Shown here in pieces: positions 48,501-58,900 of a stretch of 64,000 nt of DNA. The notes below the pieces were generated by a model. It searched no databases. It was not told the origin of the DNA and saw only the letters and a list, made by a program, of their open reading frames with translations. This DNA comes from Laetmonice hystrix. Lineage: Eukaryota. The DNA is taken from positions 10,602,001-10,666,000 of the forward strand of contig OZ249436.1 in the NCBI GenBank assembly GCA_965235115.1. The letters run 5' to 3'. A program made the translations under genes and the position numbers. Within the stretch, counting starts at the first letter, position 1. Each line of letters starts with the position of its first letter.

Positions 48501-49429
48501 TTTTGCCCAGTTGTCGGAACAATCGGCAGCACAACGTACAACAGGCTTGTGCCAAGTTGTGGGCGGTGGCTCCCAGACCCAGTGGCAGAGCGCTCTCTGG
48601 CCTTGACAAATATTTTTCGGATGCTGCTGAGTGCTGATTACTCCAAGGAAACTCAAATAATTTGTTGTCCTGGTGGTCACAGAACATAGCTACACACCGT
48701 CGGGACATTTTTCTAACTTAAAATGTATTTTATAAAATGAATATCACTCTAGATCACAGGCTATGTAACGCCTCGAGCAGTGGCACACACAGGGGAATCC
48801 CAAAACGTCACAAAGACTGTTCTCGATTTGACGTCATTATCTGGTGCGGGTTTTGATGGCATTTCGTTTCTAGGGCCGTTGCTATGGGCCGTTCTAATTA
48901 ACGGGTGGACATAATAAAACGCAATTAACGAATTTTATTCCTCTATCGTATTACATTCAGTACATATCACGAGATGCCTTCTAAATGACAGTTGACGGTA
49001 CATCTTTAAATTAATATATTATAATAATATATTATTATAATATATCTAGGCCTATATATTATATTAATTTATGTAGGCCCTAATTGTTCTCTAATAATTA
49101 ACCATCGTTTGATTGCCATAAAATATAATCTCTAAGCCTATCCCTCTTCCTGCCTGTGTCTATAAGGACTAAGTATTTTAGGCCATGGCAATACATGCAG
49201 CAATGTGAATGTCAATCATCTCAATGATGAAGCTGAAAGGTCACGCATTACCATACATCACTCTATCTTCTACTCCTGTATTCTACAATGCATTTATTAG
49301 AATACAGTCGGTGGGTCCTAATCGGTTCATTTCCGAATTTCAAAGGAAGCTTGGCTACGTCTAAACAATTATTTACCTTGAACATGTTGACTGTCCTAGG
49401 AAACATACGAGCCTTCTCGACAGCGCCAT
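30311..49429 (-). CDS. NDUFS4: NADH:ubiquinone oxidoreductase subunit S4, complement(join(49377..49429,44463..44547,35282..35457,35009..35082,30311..30414)), 163 aa
   Basis: Continuous frame over 5 GT/AG exons with intron phases 2,0,2,1 as in human. Peptides [33 protein letters not shown] and [17 protein letters not shown] are near-identical to human NDUFS4. Confidence 0.96.
32130..32280 (+). mobile_element. 3' end of a Helitron/Helentron-associated (HINE-like) repeat
   Basis: TTTCATACAATTT..GAGAAATCGCTGTC..ACGGAC, then a GC hairpin and an A-run; related copy at 33150-33372. Confidence 0.4.
32621..32794. mobile_element. G-rich MITE, 5-bp TSD
   Basis: TIR CAGGGGTGTAGCCA / TGGCTACACCCCTG; TSD CCGTC. 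Confidence 0.85.
33150..33372 (+). mobile_element. 3' end of a HINE-like repeat, second copy
   Basis: AAGATGGCTGCC..GCCATTTTG..TTTCATACAATTT..GAGAAATTGCTGTC..ACGGACGGACG..terminal hairpin AAGCCCC..GGCT. Confidence 0.4.
35009..35082 (-). CDS. NDUFS4: NDUFS4 exon 4 (74 nt)
   Basis: [24 protein letters not shown]; ttttgcag| and |gtaggt junctions. Confidence 0.96.
35282..35457 (-). CDS. NDUFS4: NDUFS4 exon 3
   Basis: [58 protein letters not shown]; cag| and |gtcagt junctions. Confidence 0.97.
35594..35902. repeat. Minisatellite, 4 x 75-78 bp
   Basis: Unit GTACCACGGCGGACAGATGACAGATTATAACGGTCCC.TGGACCCTACG.AACGGTCCATTTTAACGGCC.GGAATAC starting at 35594, 35669, 35747 and 35824. Confidence 0.95.
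36697..36959. mobile_element. PIF/Harbinger-type MITE inside an older inverted repeat
   Basis: TIR GG(G/C)TGGGTTTCCAT..GAGTTCACG / CGTGAACTC..ATGGAAACCCAGCC; the flanks carry mirrored GCGCGC tracts. Confidence 0.65.
38178..38349. mobile_element. MITE with subterminal GTCCGACAGCCC repeats and a CCTAAC-like core
   Basis: AGTCCGACAGCCC x2 on the left, TGTCGGACCAATGG x3-4 on the right, central AACCCTAAACCTAACC. Confidence 0.65.
39491..39524. repeat. (AGAA)n microsatellite
   Basis: About 8 perfect units. Confidence 0.95.
41023..41280. repeat. Minisatellite, 4 x 64 bp
   Basis: Unit TGTCATCTCCACTAGGCTCAACACGACGTATCCCACATACGTTACCGAGTCAATCATGTAAAT(A/G) at 41028, 41092, 41156 and 41220. Confidence 0.95.
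43120..43380 (+). mobile_element. Highly decayed LINE reverse-transcriptase thumb fragment
   Basis: [12 protein letters not shown] and PWLGVDI pieces resemble QDLxxLxxW..FNxxKC and YLGV motifs across frameshifts. Confidence 0.3.
44463..44547 (-). CDS. NDUFS4: NDUFS4 exon 2 ([29 protein letters not shown])
   Basis: Long polypyrimidine tract plus CAG acceptor; AAG|GTAAAT donor; phases 2 and 0 fit the neighbouring exons. Confidence 0.85.
45575..45805 (+). mobile_element. SINE relic with a Deu/Nin-like central domain
   Basis: GTTAAAGATCCCTTGGCCTCTATTGAATCGAGTAGGGGTTCGCCCCGGTGT resembles the Deu-domain core; tail TAGCTGAAATACTGCTGACTGGGCGTTAAACACCAAC followed by short tandem repeats. Confidence 0.55.
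46420..46612 (-). mobile_element. tRNA-derived SINE relic
   Basis: On -: A-box-like TGGCCAAGTGG and B-box-like GGTACGATTCC with tRNA-like spacing; no intact cloverleaf. Confidence 0.4.
46854..47285. mobile_element. MITE, 5-bp TSD
   Basis: TIR CAGGGGTGGAAATT / AATTTTCACCCCTG; TSD TTTAA. Confidence 0.8.
47418..49005 (-). mobile_element. Kolobok-like DNA transposon relic with a frameshifted THAP domain
   Basis: TTAA flanks with degenerate termini (..ACCGTCA); 19-bp internal IR TGACGTCAAATCGAGAACA at 47602 and 48818; THAP-like [15 protein letters not shown] and WEPPP..VVRC..YKLGL at 48480-48708 (-). Confidence 0.5.
49377..49429 (-). CDS. NDUFS4: NDUFS4 exon 1 (presequence [17 protein letters not shown])
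   Basis: aacaatATGGCG start; ends AG|GTAAAT in phase 2; Arg/Ser/Leu-rich with no acidic residues, as expected for a mitochondrial presequence. Confidence 0.75.
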
Positions 49430-49959
49430 ATTGTTTTCCGCGACTAGCAGCGACACCTGTTGGAATATATTTGCCAACAGAGGTCGTAGTGGTAGCTGTA
49501 CCCGTTCAAGCTCTCCGCGGTCTCCGCCAGAGTCGCTAGGGGGGGCAAGCGTACGGCAGTGAACGTGAGCTGGGCTCAGCGTTCTGCTTGGCCTTGGCCT
49601 CCTAGCGGAGACCCCAGAATATAGTCTTTAATTTCCTCAGACTAAAGAGATAAATATGGATGGGTCCTCAAGAAACTTGAATAAAAATTACTTTGGCCAC
49701 TTGGGGATGATTTTGTGCTGATAGTGTGCATTAGGCCTTACCCGTTTAATTGTTAACCACCACAGGAAAGTAACGCAGGACATAGCTTTGAATTAATGAT
49801 TAATTAATAATTAATTAATGAATTAAGATATACAGTTTATACACAGTTTATTTGACTTCATGTAAAATATTACACGTGAAATGGACGGACTTAAGAATAC
49901 ACACTTACAAATGCTTAGTATAACACTATCTGTATTGTATATAATTGTAACAAAATACA

Positions 49960-50089
49960 CAGGCCGTAGCCAGCTTTGTTTGGGGGGGGGGGGGGGGGGG
50001 TCTGAGGACGGTGGGGTGGAACTCGGCAAATGCCGAAGCCTTGCTCCGGGTTCGGGACCCCCCCCCCCCTCTCAACGGCTACGGACCTG
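49960..50089. mobile_element. G-rich MITE, 5-bp TSD
   Basis: TIR CAGGCCGTAGCC / GGCTACGGACCTG; TSD ATACA. Confidence 0.8.
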
Positions 50090-51049
50090 ATACACACATC
50101 TTTTGAAATATGAATTAAGTTCATAATGTAATTCATAGTCACACAGACTTTGGGTAAGTTCTCCACAACATAAATGTCTTTGGTTTCTATTCTTTAAATT
50201 GATCACAGACCTGCCACAATGGAATGCCTAGTTTTCAATCAGGATTTTTAGCTAAGCTTTGTGGAGCAATTTTATATTAGAACTATACTGGGACCTTAAT
50301 TGACGGTTGTTAAAATAGAGAATATAGGAATGACCTGACTCTGGAGGAGTAGCTTAAATCCAGTAAATCCAAAGACGTATAATTTTGTAGGACACAAAAT
50401 ACCGTATGTAAAATGCTAACAATTTGTTTCAAAAATCGAACTTACTTGCTACAAAGAAAGATTCCACACATCAAAGAAAGAGAATGGCTTTGTCCAAAAT
50501 GTAGCTATGTTTATAAACATACTGATTGTTTAATAAGATTCAGAGGATACTGAAATCCAATATAATTATATTACAATAGTGTATGAATGTTTTTCTTTGC
50601 AAGATTTGTGCAAATTAAATATAATAAATTTGATTACTGATGGAGTACTGGTATTTTTCTTTAATCTACTGTGATTACCAGTATATATTACCAGTACATG
50701 TAATTAAGGAACTCACTTCGAGAATGGCTAGCTAGGGGCAAACTGGGGAGCCCTCCCCAATAATATGCCATGACTTCTGTGACCGAAGCCCTGCTTTCAG
50801 GTCCTAAAGGACCAGTGTGAAGGTCACAAAATTGTGCAAGATGACATTGTGTAATTTGTTTGCATGGAAAAAATATTTGTAAACCATAGGATATAAATTT
50901 CCATGACTTTTGCAATTTTTTTCAAATTTTCGGGATTTCCAGTCCTGCATTTTGTCAACTCCTGTAAAAATCCCTGACTTTACAGGCAACAGTGATTCGT
51001 TCACACGACACCCTGAGTATTATTATTGGACGTCAGCTGTCAGATCTCC

Positions 51050-51232
51050 TCAAACTCGACTGTCTTTCTGAGATGGGTTATTAGTGTCCTTGGTGTTGTC
51101 ATCTGGAGCTATCAGGAAGACATTCAGCTTGGTGAAACCATCTCGGACCAACTCTATGTCTTTCAGACTGCAGAGATGAAGGGCCCAGGGACGATCCTCG
51201 CATGCTTTGGACAACTGGAGCTCCTCTCGGAT
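51050..51232 (-). CDS. ARL15: ARL15 exon 5
   Basis: atccag|IREELQLSKACEDRPWALHLCSLKDIELVRDGFTKL...RV*; candidate AATAAA on - at 49847-49852. Confidence 0.9.
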   Translation of the reverse strand: MREELQLSKACEDRPWALHLCSLKDIELVRDGFTKLNVFLIAPDDNTKDTNNPSQKDSRV

Positions 51233-54200
51233 CTGGATTACAACATGTTTTGTTTGTGATTTCATGTCTGTCCAAATGTTGCATGACTGATAAATCATTT
51301 AGGTTATTTTCATATACATTGTATATTAAAGTTAATTTGTGCATTTTTGATTTTCTGGTCTTCTCTGCAAATTAAAGCAAAAACTGACTATCTCTTATTT
51401 TAATGGCAAAATGCAGACAGTGGCTGTTAGGTTAGATATGGCCTTAGACTGCATAAATCAAAAAATGTATACCCACTGAATCGAGAAATCTAATGAACCA
51501 ATGAATTTCATTGGTTGTTCAAGTCAATACCAGGTTTGAAGAAAGTATGAACTGTCTAAGCGGGTTTCCATTGTACTAAGTTTCATCATAGCAGAGCACC
51601 AGAACAACTACAGAGCAATGAATCTTTTCTTGGTTTAGTTAAAAAAAACAACTCAATACATGCAAAATACCATACCGTATTCATTGTGGTGTCTGTAGCA
51701 GCTGGCAAGAGCTTACATTACACTTTGTACTCACCTGTTGCTCATTTCGAGCAAACTGCTTGTCTTGGCAGTTGGCAAGGATGAGACAAGGCAGGCCTTG
51801 CAGAGCATTGCTTGACAGGACTTCATGCAATGCAGATCTGGCATCCTCAAATTCATCACTAGGTGAAGCACTATCTATTACAAATATCATCCCTTGTGCA
51901 TCTTTGTAGTAGTGGTGCCAGAATGGACGGACTTTTTCTCCTCCTGCAAGATCAGCAAACAAAGAAATGGCCTATATAGGATGCCATTACGGTTAAAATT
52001 TTATGTGCAAAAATATTGCTCTAAAAAAAGAAAAAGATTTCTCAACAATTTTTTTTTTATCTAGAAAACTTTTTAAACTACATTTGTATCTAGAAACAAT
52101 CAATACTCTTGGGAAAAGCCACCTTTGTGGGTTTAGACCTAAGGAGCCCCTTTAAAGTTAATATGTTTATGTAGATTTCCAAGAAAGTATGAACTGTCCA
52201 TTGACTTGTACAAAACTAATTACTAAACTTGTATCTAGAGATATTTCAGAGAACTATAATTGCAAACTAACCTCCTATTTCTTTGATGTTCAGTATACAG
52301 TTGGGGAACTGTACAGCTTTGATGATGAAACCTGAAATGAGGAATTAATGCCTGAAATTTTCTTATCGGAGAGCTATTGGAGAACACTAAGACCAAGTTT
52401 GGGATGGTATATCTTCTGAGTTATGCAGTGATTCTCACACCAACTATACCTTTTTGTAAACTAAATACCATAATTCTATATTAGTTGTGTTTTAAATTAC
52501 CATTGCAGAGTTCCATTTTAGTAAGAGCAATATATGTATGTGGTAATTACCTGGTAATAATGGTATATCTCAAATGTCCTAACACAAGTCAATAGGAGGC
52601 TGTTGAACCTTATGGTTAAAAGCCTATAGTGTCAAGTTCAGCAGTATATGAAAAAAAAATTCTATAGTCTTAAGTAAAAACAAACAGTACACCTAATAAT
52701 AATGGTACTACCTGTTGTGGGCTCAATGCAGTCTGTGCTTTCCTTACAGAGTAAAGCGATGAGTGCTGACTTGCCTGCCTCTGTAAGTCCTAAACAGATA
52801 ACTTCAAACTCTGGTCTCGGCCGCCCTGATGCTTTGCAACACATGCGACAGAACACCTATTTAAAACATAACTTAAAGAGTTATAGTACACGTATTGTTA
52901 TAATATATCAAGCATCAAAATAACCTGTTTCACATCGCAAATTGCTATACAACTGATGCATTTTGCTAGTCATTTTCCAAAAATGTTCAGAATAATTTAG
53001 TACTATCTGCAAAGTGAAACTTTTATTTTGCAAGTCAAATTTTCTGGATTATTTTGCGCCTTGTATATATAGCTCAATTTTTAGGTCTTTCTACACTACT
53101 GACTACTGAAATGTTGGCAAAATTTTGCAGGCTTTGTCATAAGAAAATCACTGGAGAATGATTATCACGCTTCTGGAATGGCTCGGGAGAGCCACTCACG
53201 GCACTGGAGTGCTGACTGACCCAGTTTTCTCTTTCATACAGACATTGGGGGAGCGTGATTATCACTGTCCCCAATACTAAATCAGGAGCGTGATGGAGCG
53301 TGAGAGCGATCGTGCTCCTCTCCTGACAAGCCCTGCGATTGGCTGTAACTAATGTGAATAAATCCTTATTATGGCGACTAGATGGTTGGAAATTCCCAAT
53401 TCCGTGATCATAGAAATTGACTGCTGCTAGTCTACTTATTTGGATAATTTGAAATGTGCCACTGAATTCTTCCCATGATGATATCAAGAAAAAAAGTCTA
53501 GCTCGCAGGAGGTAGGGTACTGTACTCTCCTGTTGAAATATGCCAGAATATGCCAAAAGATGCTGAAATACACCAAACTGCCGGTGTGGTATACAGTCAG
53601 ACCCTGTTAATCCGTGCTTCTTTAATCCGTATACCTCACAATTCGAACACACTTTCTGGTAACCTCTTCTACTAATTTCTATTTAAAATGATTCAGCAAA
53701 CCATAGGTTTCACATTCTGAACACATTTTAATGGGCACTAAGCTGTTCGGATAAACGAGATGTGACTGTGCATGTACCGTAGAGTGTAGACATATAGGGA
53801 AGTGTATACAGCCAGCAACAGCTAAATATGATTATCATAATTAGTTTGACTAATTACTGAATTCAAATAATTTGCTTGGGTTAGGGTTAGGTCAGGCCTA
53901 GGGTTAGTCTTATTTTTGTATAGTCGGCTATTTAGCCATGGAACATTATCCAATACAAATGTATTGGCAAACTTGTTGAAAATGTCGTAGTACTTAGCTA
54001 GGCGCTTGCCCAGGCTGGGTAGTGCCTAAGCCAGTCATAATAGTATACAATAATCAGTGGCGGATTTAGGGGGGGCACAGGGGGCCCGCCCCCCCCCAAA
54101 TTTTTCAAAAATAGGGTTCTGGTCCCCCTATACTGAGTGACCCTTGCCCATGTCAGGTAGCTATATATGGATCCATTCATCCATCCATACACCTGTGCCC

Positions 54201-55751
54201 CCCCCCCCAAAAAAATAAATAAAAATCCATAAATCGCATAGTGGGTTCAGGGCTTAAAGGGAGTCGTAAAATTCATTTTTTCGATTTATGGCAGTGTTAG
54301 AAACATATGATTCGCACACCTTGGACTCCCAGTAACATCATGTGAGACTGTTATGGCCCAGCGACCAGTATTTAGTAAGGAAAATATGCCAAATCTCTCG
54401 CAAATACGTAGCTCAGAATTAGCGAGCGGCCCACAGGATATTTGAGTTGGCCGCAGTCGGGCGATGATGACGCGTGATCACGTGACTTCCGGGTGTACAT
54501 GCGGTATTTAGGTCAACGCTAGACGAGAGGGAGATTCCCTTCCACATCCGGAAGTCACGTGATCACGCGTCATCATCGCCCGACCGCGGCCAACTCAAAT
54601 ATCCTGTGGGCCGCTCGCTAATTCTGAGCTACGTATTTGCGAGAGATTTGGCATATTTTCCTTACTAAATACTGGTCGCTGGGCCATAACAGTCTCACAT
54701 GATGTTACTGGGAGTCCAAGGTATGCGAATCATATGTTTCTAAGATTGCCATAAATCGAAAAAATGAATTTTACGATTCCCTTTAAGTCAGCTGGCGAGG
54801 CAAAGCGGGGACTGTTACATAGGGCAGGCTAGCTGTCACTGTGCTTCACTCAGTCTCACGAGTCTGCATGGCTGACGTCAGTCAAGTCGCTGCCTTTCTG
54901 GCGAACCGTCGAATATGGGGTTTAGACGGAACTGAGAAAAACGCACTTGAAGCTTTGCACTTTTCTCAAACATCCTCAAAATCAATCTAACATTATTTCT
55001 TTTGTTATTTTTATGGGAATCGAAAAAGTTCTACGTGACTTTATGTCATATTCCACGCATATTCGATGCATATTCGACGGTTTGCCGGAAAACTTTTATC
55101 TCGCCCGTGAATATTTGACGTGTTGCTATGGAAACGATACGTGATCACTGATCATATCATTACCTTATTTGGGCATAAATTCTATATTCGACGGTTCGCC
55201 GTGAAAAAATGATCAAGTACGTACAAATAATTTCCGGGAGAACCGTCAAATATGAATATTCGACGGTTCACCAAAAAGTAAATCAAAGACAATTCATATT
55301 CGCCAAAGAACCCGACGTTAATATCTCGCTACTTTTTGCCCGGAGCCCCCGAGGGTAGGCCCTAATGAAATTTTCAGATTTCTTCAAAATTATTAAGAAT
55401 CTAGGGCCTACTAAAAACTCAATTTCGCCAAAACCCCCATATTCGACGGTTCGCCAGAAAGGCAGCGAAGTGTGCGACTGTGCCGTGAGAGTGAGAGTGA
55501 GACTGTGTGACTGTCAGTCACACTCAGTGTCACTGTCATTGAGTGAGTCAGTGACTCAGTGACAGTGTGTGGAGTGATGTTGAATGTTCTCTGGAAATCT
55601 CACAATTATACTCACAGAATACAATCCAATTTTGCAAACTGCACAGGCAAGGTGAAAATTTTCTTGGGCTGACGGCATATTTAATAATTTAGAAATTCAC
55701 AGTCTTTACACGAACACATTCGTGTACGGAGATAGGTATTCTTGACTTCAT
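51050..55751 (-). CDS. ARL15: ADP-ribosylation factor-like GTPase 15, complement(join(55710..55751,52712..52856,52272..52331,51735..51943,51050..51232))
   Basis: Internal exons are 145, 60 and 209 nt, the sizes I recall for human ARL15. Diagnostic motifs: CRMCCK cysteine cluster, GLTEAGKS P-loop, KEIGG switch II, ANCQD G4 box. Exon 1 is inferred. Confidence 0.92.
51735..51943 (-). CDS. ARL15: ARL15 exon 4
   Basis: GGEKVRPFWHHYYKDAQGMIFVIDSAS...LPCLILANCQDKQFARNEQQ|gtgagt. Confidence 0.96.
52272..52331 (-). CDS. ARL15: ARL15 exon 3 (60 nt)
   Basis: GFIIKAVQFPNCILNIKEIG versus human GFSIKAVPFQNAILNVKELG. Confidence 0.95.
52712..52856 (-). CDS. ARL15: ARL15 exon 2
   Basis: VFCRMCCKASGRPRPEFEVICLGLTEAGKSALIALLCKESTDCIEPTT; aatag| and |gtagta junctions. 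Confidence 0.95.
52924..53066 (+). repeat. Dispersed repeat of about 145 bp, copy 1 (copy 2 at 57749-57891)
   Basis: CCTGTTTC.CAT.GCAAATTGCTATACAACTGATGCATTTT...GATTATTTTGCGCCTTGTA is shared by both copies. Confidence 0.85.
54258..54782. mobile_element. Kolobok-type palindromic MITE (525 bp)
   Basis: TTAA TSD, AGGGA termini, near-identical inverted arms of about 239 bp around a spacer of about 47 bp. Confidence 0.9.
54888..55467. mobile_element. Non-autonomous DNA transposon with 4-bp TSD and subterminal repeats (CMC/Chapaev-like)
   Basis: TIR CGCTGCCTTTCTGGCGAACCGTCGAATATGGGG / CCCCATATTCGACGGTTCGCCAGAAAGGCAGCG; TSD AAGT; several internal ATATTCGACGGTT copies. Confidence 0.8.
55710..55751 (-). 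CDS. ARL15: ARL15 probable exon 1 (MKSRIPISVHECVR)
   Basis: Phase 0, GTAAAG donor, length close to the 16-aa human exon 1. An in-frame upstream ATG at 55838 is an alternative start. Confidence 0.55.
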
Positions 55752-55870
55752 TTCTAACCTTACGCCTTGACTGTCACCGGAAGTACACAAACTTGTTGGG
55801 TCACGTATCTTCTCGCACAACCTCACGAGAGAGGACATTTTCACGGAAGGCACACATTGACTCACGAAAA
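55752..55870. promoter_or_regulatory. Bidirectional promoter between ARL15 and RNF126/115
   Basis: 119 bp between divergent ATGs; CCGGAAGT ETS site at 55777-55784; four TCACG at 55801, 55823, 55841 and 55862. Confidence 0.6.
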
Positions 55871-55951
55871 ATGGCAGAGGCAGCGGTAGATCAAAGACCG
55901 AGCAGATTCTTTTGCCACATGTGTTCAGTTTCGATAAGTCCAACACTGCCG
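55871..55951 (+). CDS. RNF126: RNF126/115 exon 1
   Basis: [27 protein letters not shown]|gtagga. Confidence 0.93.
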
Positions 55952-58900
55952 GTAGGATTTCCTTCTTCTTATATCGTTATTTATTGTTTTGTATTTGAAG
56001 TATGAACGATTAATTCGTGAGTAATGCTATGCAATGACCTCTTTCTCTCGTTACTACGTGACAGCTAGGAACCCGTTTGTTGCGATTCCAATGCCCAAGC
56101 GTTACGCCTAGAATTACAATAGGCCTCTGCACTGGCACTTTTACTTAGTATTATGGCCACTTAGTTACTGATGACGTAGCCTTTGCATAGGCTTTGAATG
56201 ATAGGTGATATGGCCCAGAAGTACCATTATCTATACAGGCGCGGGTCCGGGGGGGAGGGGGGGGGGGCTCTCGGCCATTTCCCCCCTCTCTTCCGATATT
56301 ACTTAACTCTTTACTTTACTTTAGCATGCATTATAATCAGTGGGGGATCCAGGAATTTGATAAAAGGGTGGGGCCCACCTTGTGACATAGTACGTCTACT
56401 AATACTATACCAGGGCTCGAAAAAACCTACGTCCGGTCGTCTGAGACAACTAGAATATGTCTCTGGGCAAGTAAAATTTAAGGTTTGTGTAGTAGTAGTA
56501 GTAATCTAATAGTATGTCTTGGTTACAACTTGCCCGAAGGGCAAGTAAAACTGGTAGATCTTTTTTGAGCCCTGTATACATACTACTACTAGACTGCCTA
56601 GACAAGACGAATTATTAGCGCTGTGAAAATGTACCAGTCGGAATGAACCACTGTCCAGGTTAAATGTTTTATGTCCGCATTGAAAAAATTGGGAGTGTCT
56701 CTCGGCACGACAGTCGTGCCGATACGGAAATGTATCCGCACGATTGTGCGGATGGAAGTGTCTAAAGGGTTAAGGTTAGTCCAATCCGCACAGTCGCCAG
56801 TCCGTACGACCGTCATGCAGATGGCGTCGCCAGTCCGCAGTCCTGCTACGACCTTCGTGCAGATAGCCTCGGCCGAAAAAATATGTGCCTCACACCCTCC
56901 CTCCTCAAAATACCATCCAGTAACCCGGTTCTAGCTGTCTGTCGTCACTGACCCGGGGACATTGTGTCACCACATCTCCTATACTTTCAACAACCAATCA
57001 TCTGTCTTCTTTCATACGCTGCAAACGTGCCTTAGCGACTCACAGAGTGTAGTAAGGCCTAAAATCTGGCCGAAGAGCGCTTGTAAGAACTGTCCTGATT
57101 AGTCGCCAGGTTGTTGGGCGAGCGTCCGGGATTGGTTAAACAAGTTTCGCTCACGTTTATCCCAGGGCATATACGTTATGCACGCACTGGCAACATTACG
57201 CACAGGCCCGCGGGATGCAAAATACATGTCTAATACATATTGTTAATTGGCTCGTTTTACAGGACTACACGTGTCCAAGATGTGAGTCTGGTTTCATAGA
57301 AGAAATAGAGGACATGGCTGAGTGAGTTTATTTGTCGCATCTTTTTCAAATCTTATTAAACTGAATGTGTAAACCTGTTTCTTCTGCAAATGTCAGTAAT
57401 GATTAATAATTATCTTGCATCTCTCTAACAGCACAATTAAAGTGTTTGGTATTCCATGAATTGGGGCCCAAAGTAGTATCATGCTCAGGGTTAGAAATTA
57501 GGCCAGAAAATCTGGGAGCAAGCTGGGTTCCCAAAATTTGAAATCTGGGAGCCTAGCAAGAAATCTGGAGGTCTGGAATTTTAGAACTACTGGTCGCAAT
57601 TACAGAAGTAGCAGGGCATTTAAATTACCACATTTATAGGGCTTTCATAAATTTATTAATTTTATAATATTTATACATTTGCCACTTGATGCTGATGAGC
57701 TGTCACTGGCTGATTTAAAGCGAAGATCTACTTCAAGCAGCACAATAACCTGTTTCGCATTGCAAATTGCTATACAACTGATGCATTTTCATAATCATTT
57801 TCCAGAATGTTCAGTATTTAGTTTAGTACTATCTGCGAATAAAACCTTTAGTTTGCTAGTCAAATTTTCTAGATTATTTTGCGCCTTGTACTTAGGATGG
57901 TATGTTATCACCAGGCTTATCTACTGGAGAGTTTTGGTAGCCGTGCAAAAAATCTGGGAGCTCAAGGCTCCCGTTAATTTTGATGCCTGCTAAGGTTTGG
58001 TTGATCGAAAATTTGCCTTTGTTTGCACCTGTAAGGGACCTGGGACTGGTGGAAGAACAGCCAGCTCAAAGCCAACCCTCTGATTTGGACCCAGCTGCAC
58101 AGTTTGCAGAGGTAAGTAATCAAAAGTAAATCTGTAAGTTAAGCCCAACACACACTGCGATTGCTTGCAACTCCTTGCGACGCACCCATTATGACCTAGT
58201 TTTGGAACAAGCTCATCTTCACAAGGTGCAGAATGGAGTCTTGCGATGGTCGCAAAAGTTCTGGCACTGTCAGAATGTTTGCGACAGTCGCAGGCTGTTG
58301 CAGTCCACTCATTTTCATAGTGACAGACTGTTGTGAGATTATCGTGTCGTGTGTGTGTTGGCCTTAAGAAACAGACTTGTGCATTTTATATGATGGTCAC
58401 AATAATAAGTTATTCATGGTCAAAGGTAGTGCCTAGGTTGGGCAGTATCAGATAGTTTCAATTAATGGGCAGTGTCGCAACATTATAACAGCATCGCAGC
58501 CAAGAGTAATTAGGACGATACCAAATCAACATAGCTACTGGAAAGACTATTCTTACCTGTATGCAAAGAAGGCGCTTCAGTTTCAACACTTTTGATGTTA
58601 AAAATAGGATAAAAAAATTGCACTTATTTTTGACAGCTATGGGGAAGGACCTTCCTAGAAAGCCTACATATGCAGACAAACAGGCCTAATGAACGCTCCA
58701 ATGATAGTGACAGCAGTGATCCAGAAACTGACCTGAATATTGGTGCTGACGGGGAGGCTGATGAACCTGCAGCGACGACCCTCTTGCAGCGTGGTAACCC
58801 CTTCCCACGTAGTGTGACATTTAGGCGGATAGGTGGCCAACAGACAGGCCATCACCCAGCCATTGAAAGGTAATATTGATCATCGTAATCTTTAGGTTTT

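Noticed and set aside
53137-53652. 171-aa minus-strand ORF in ARL15 intron 1
   Set aside because: Starts at an alternative codon, matches no family, and is not needed for the ARL15 frame.
53880-53907. TTAGGG-like interstitial telomeric repeat
   Set aside because: Only 2-3 degenerate units.
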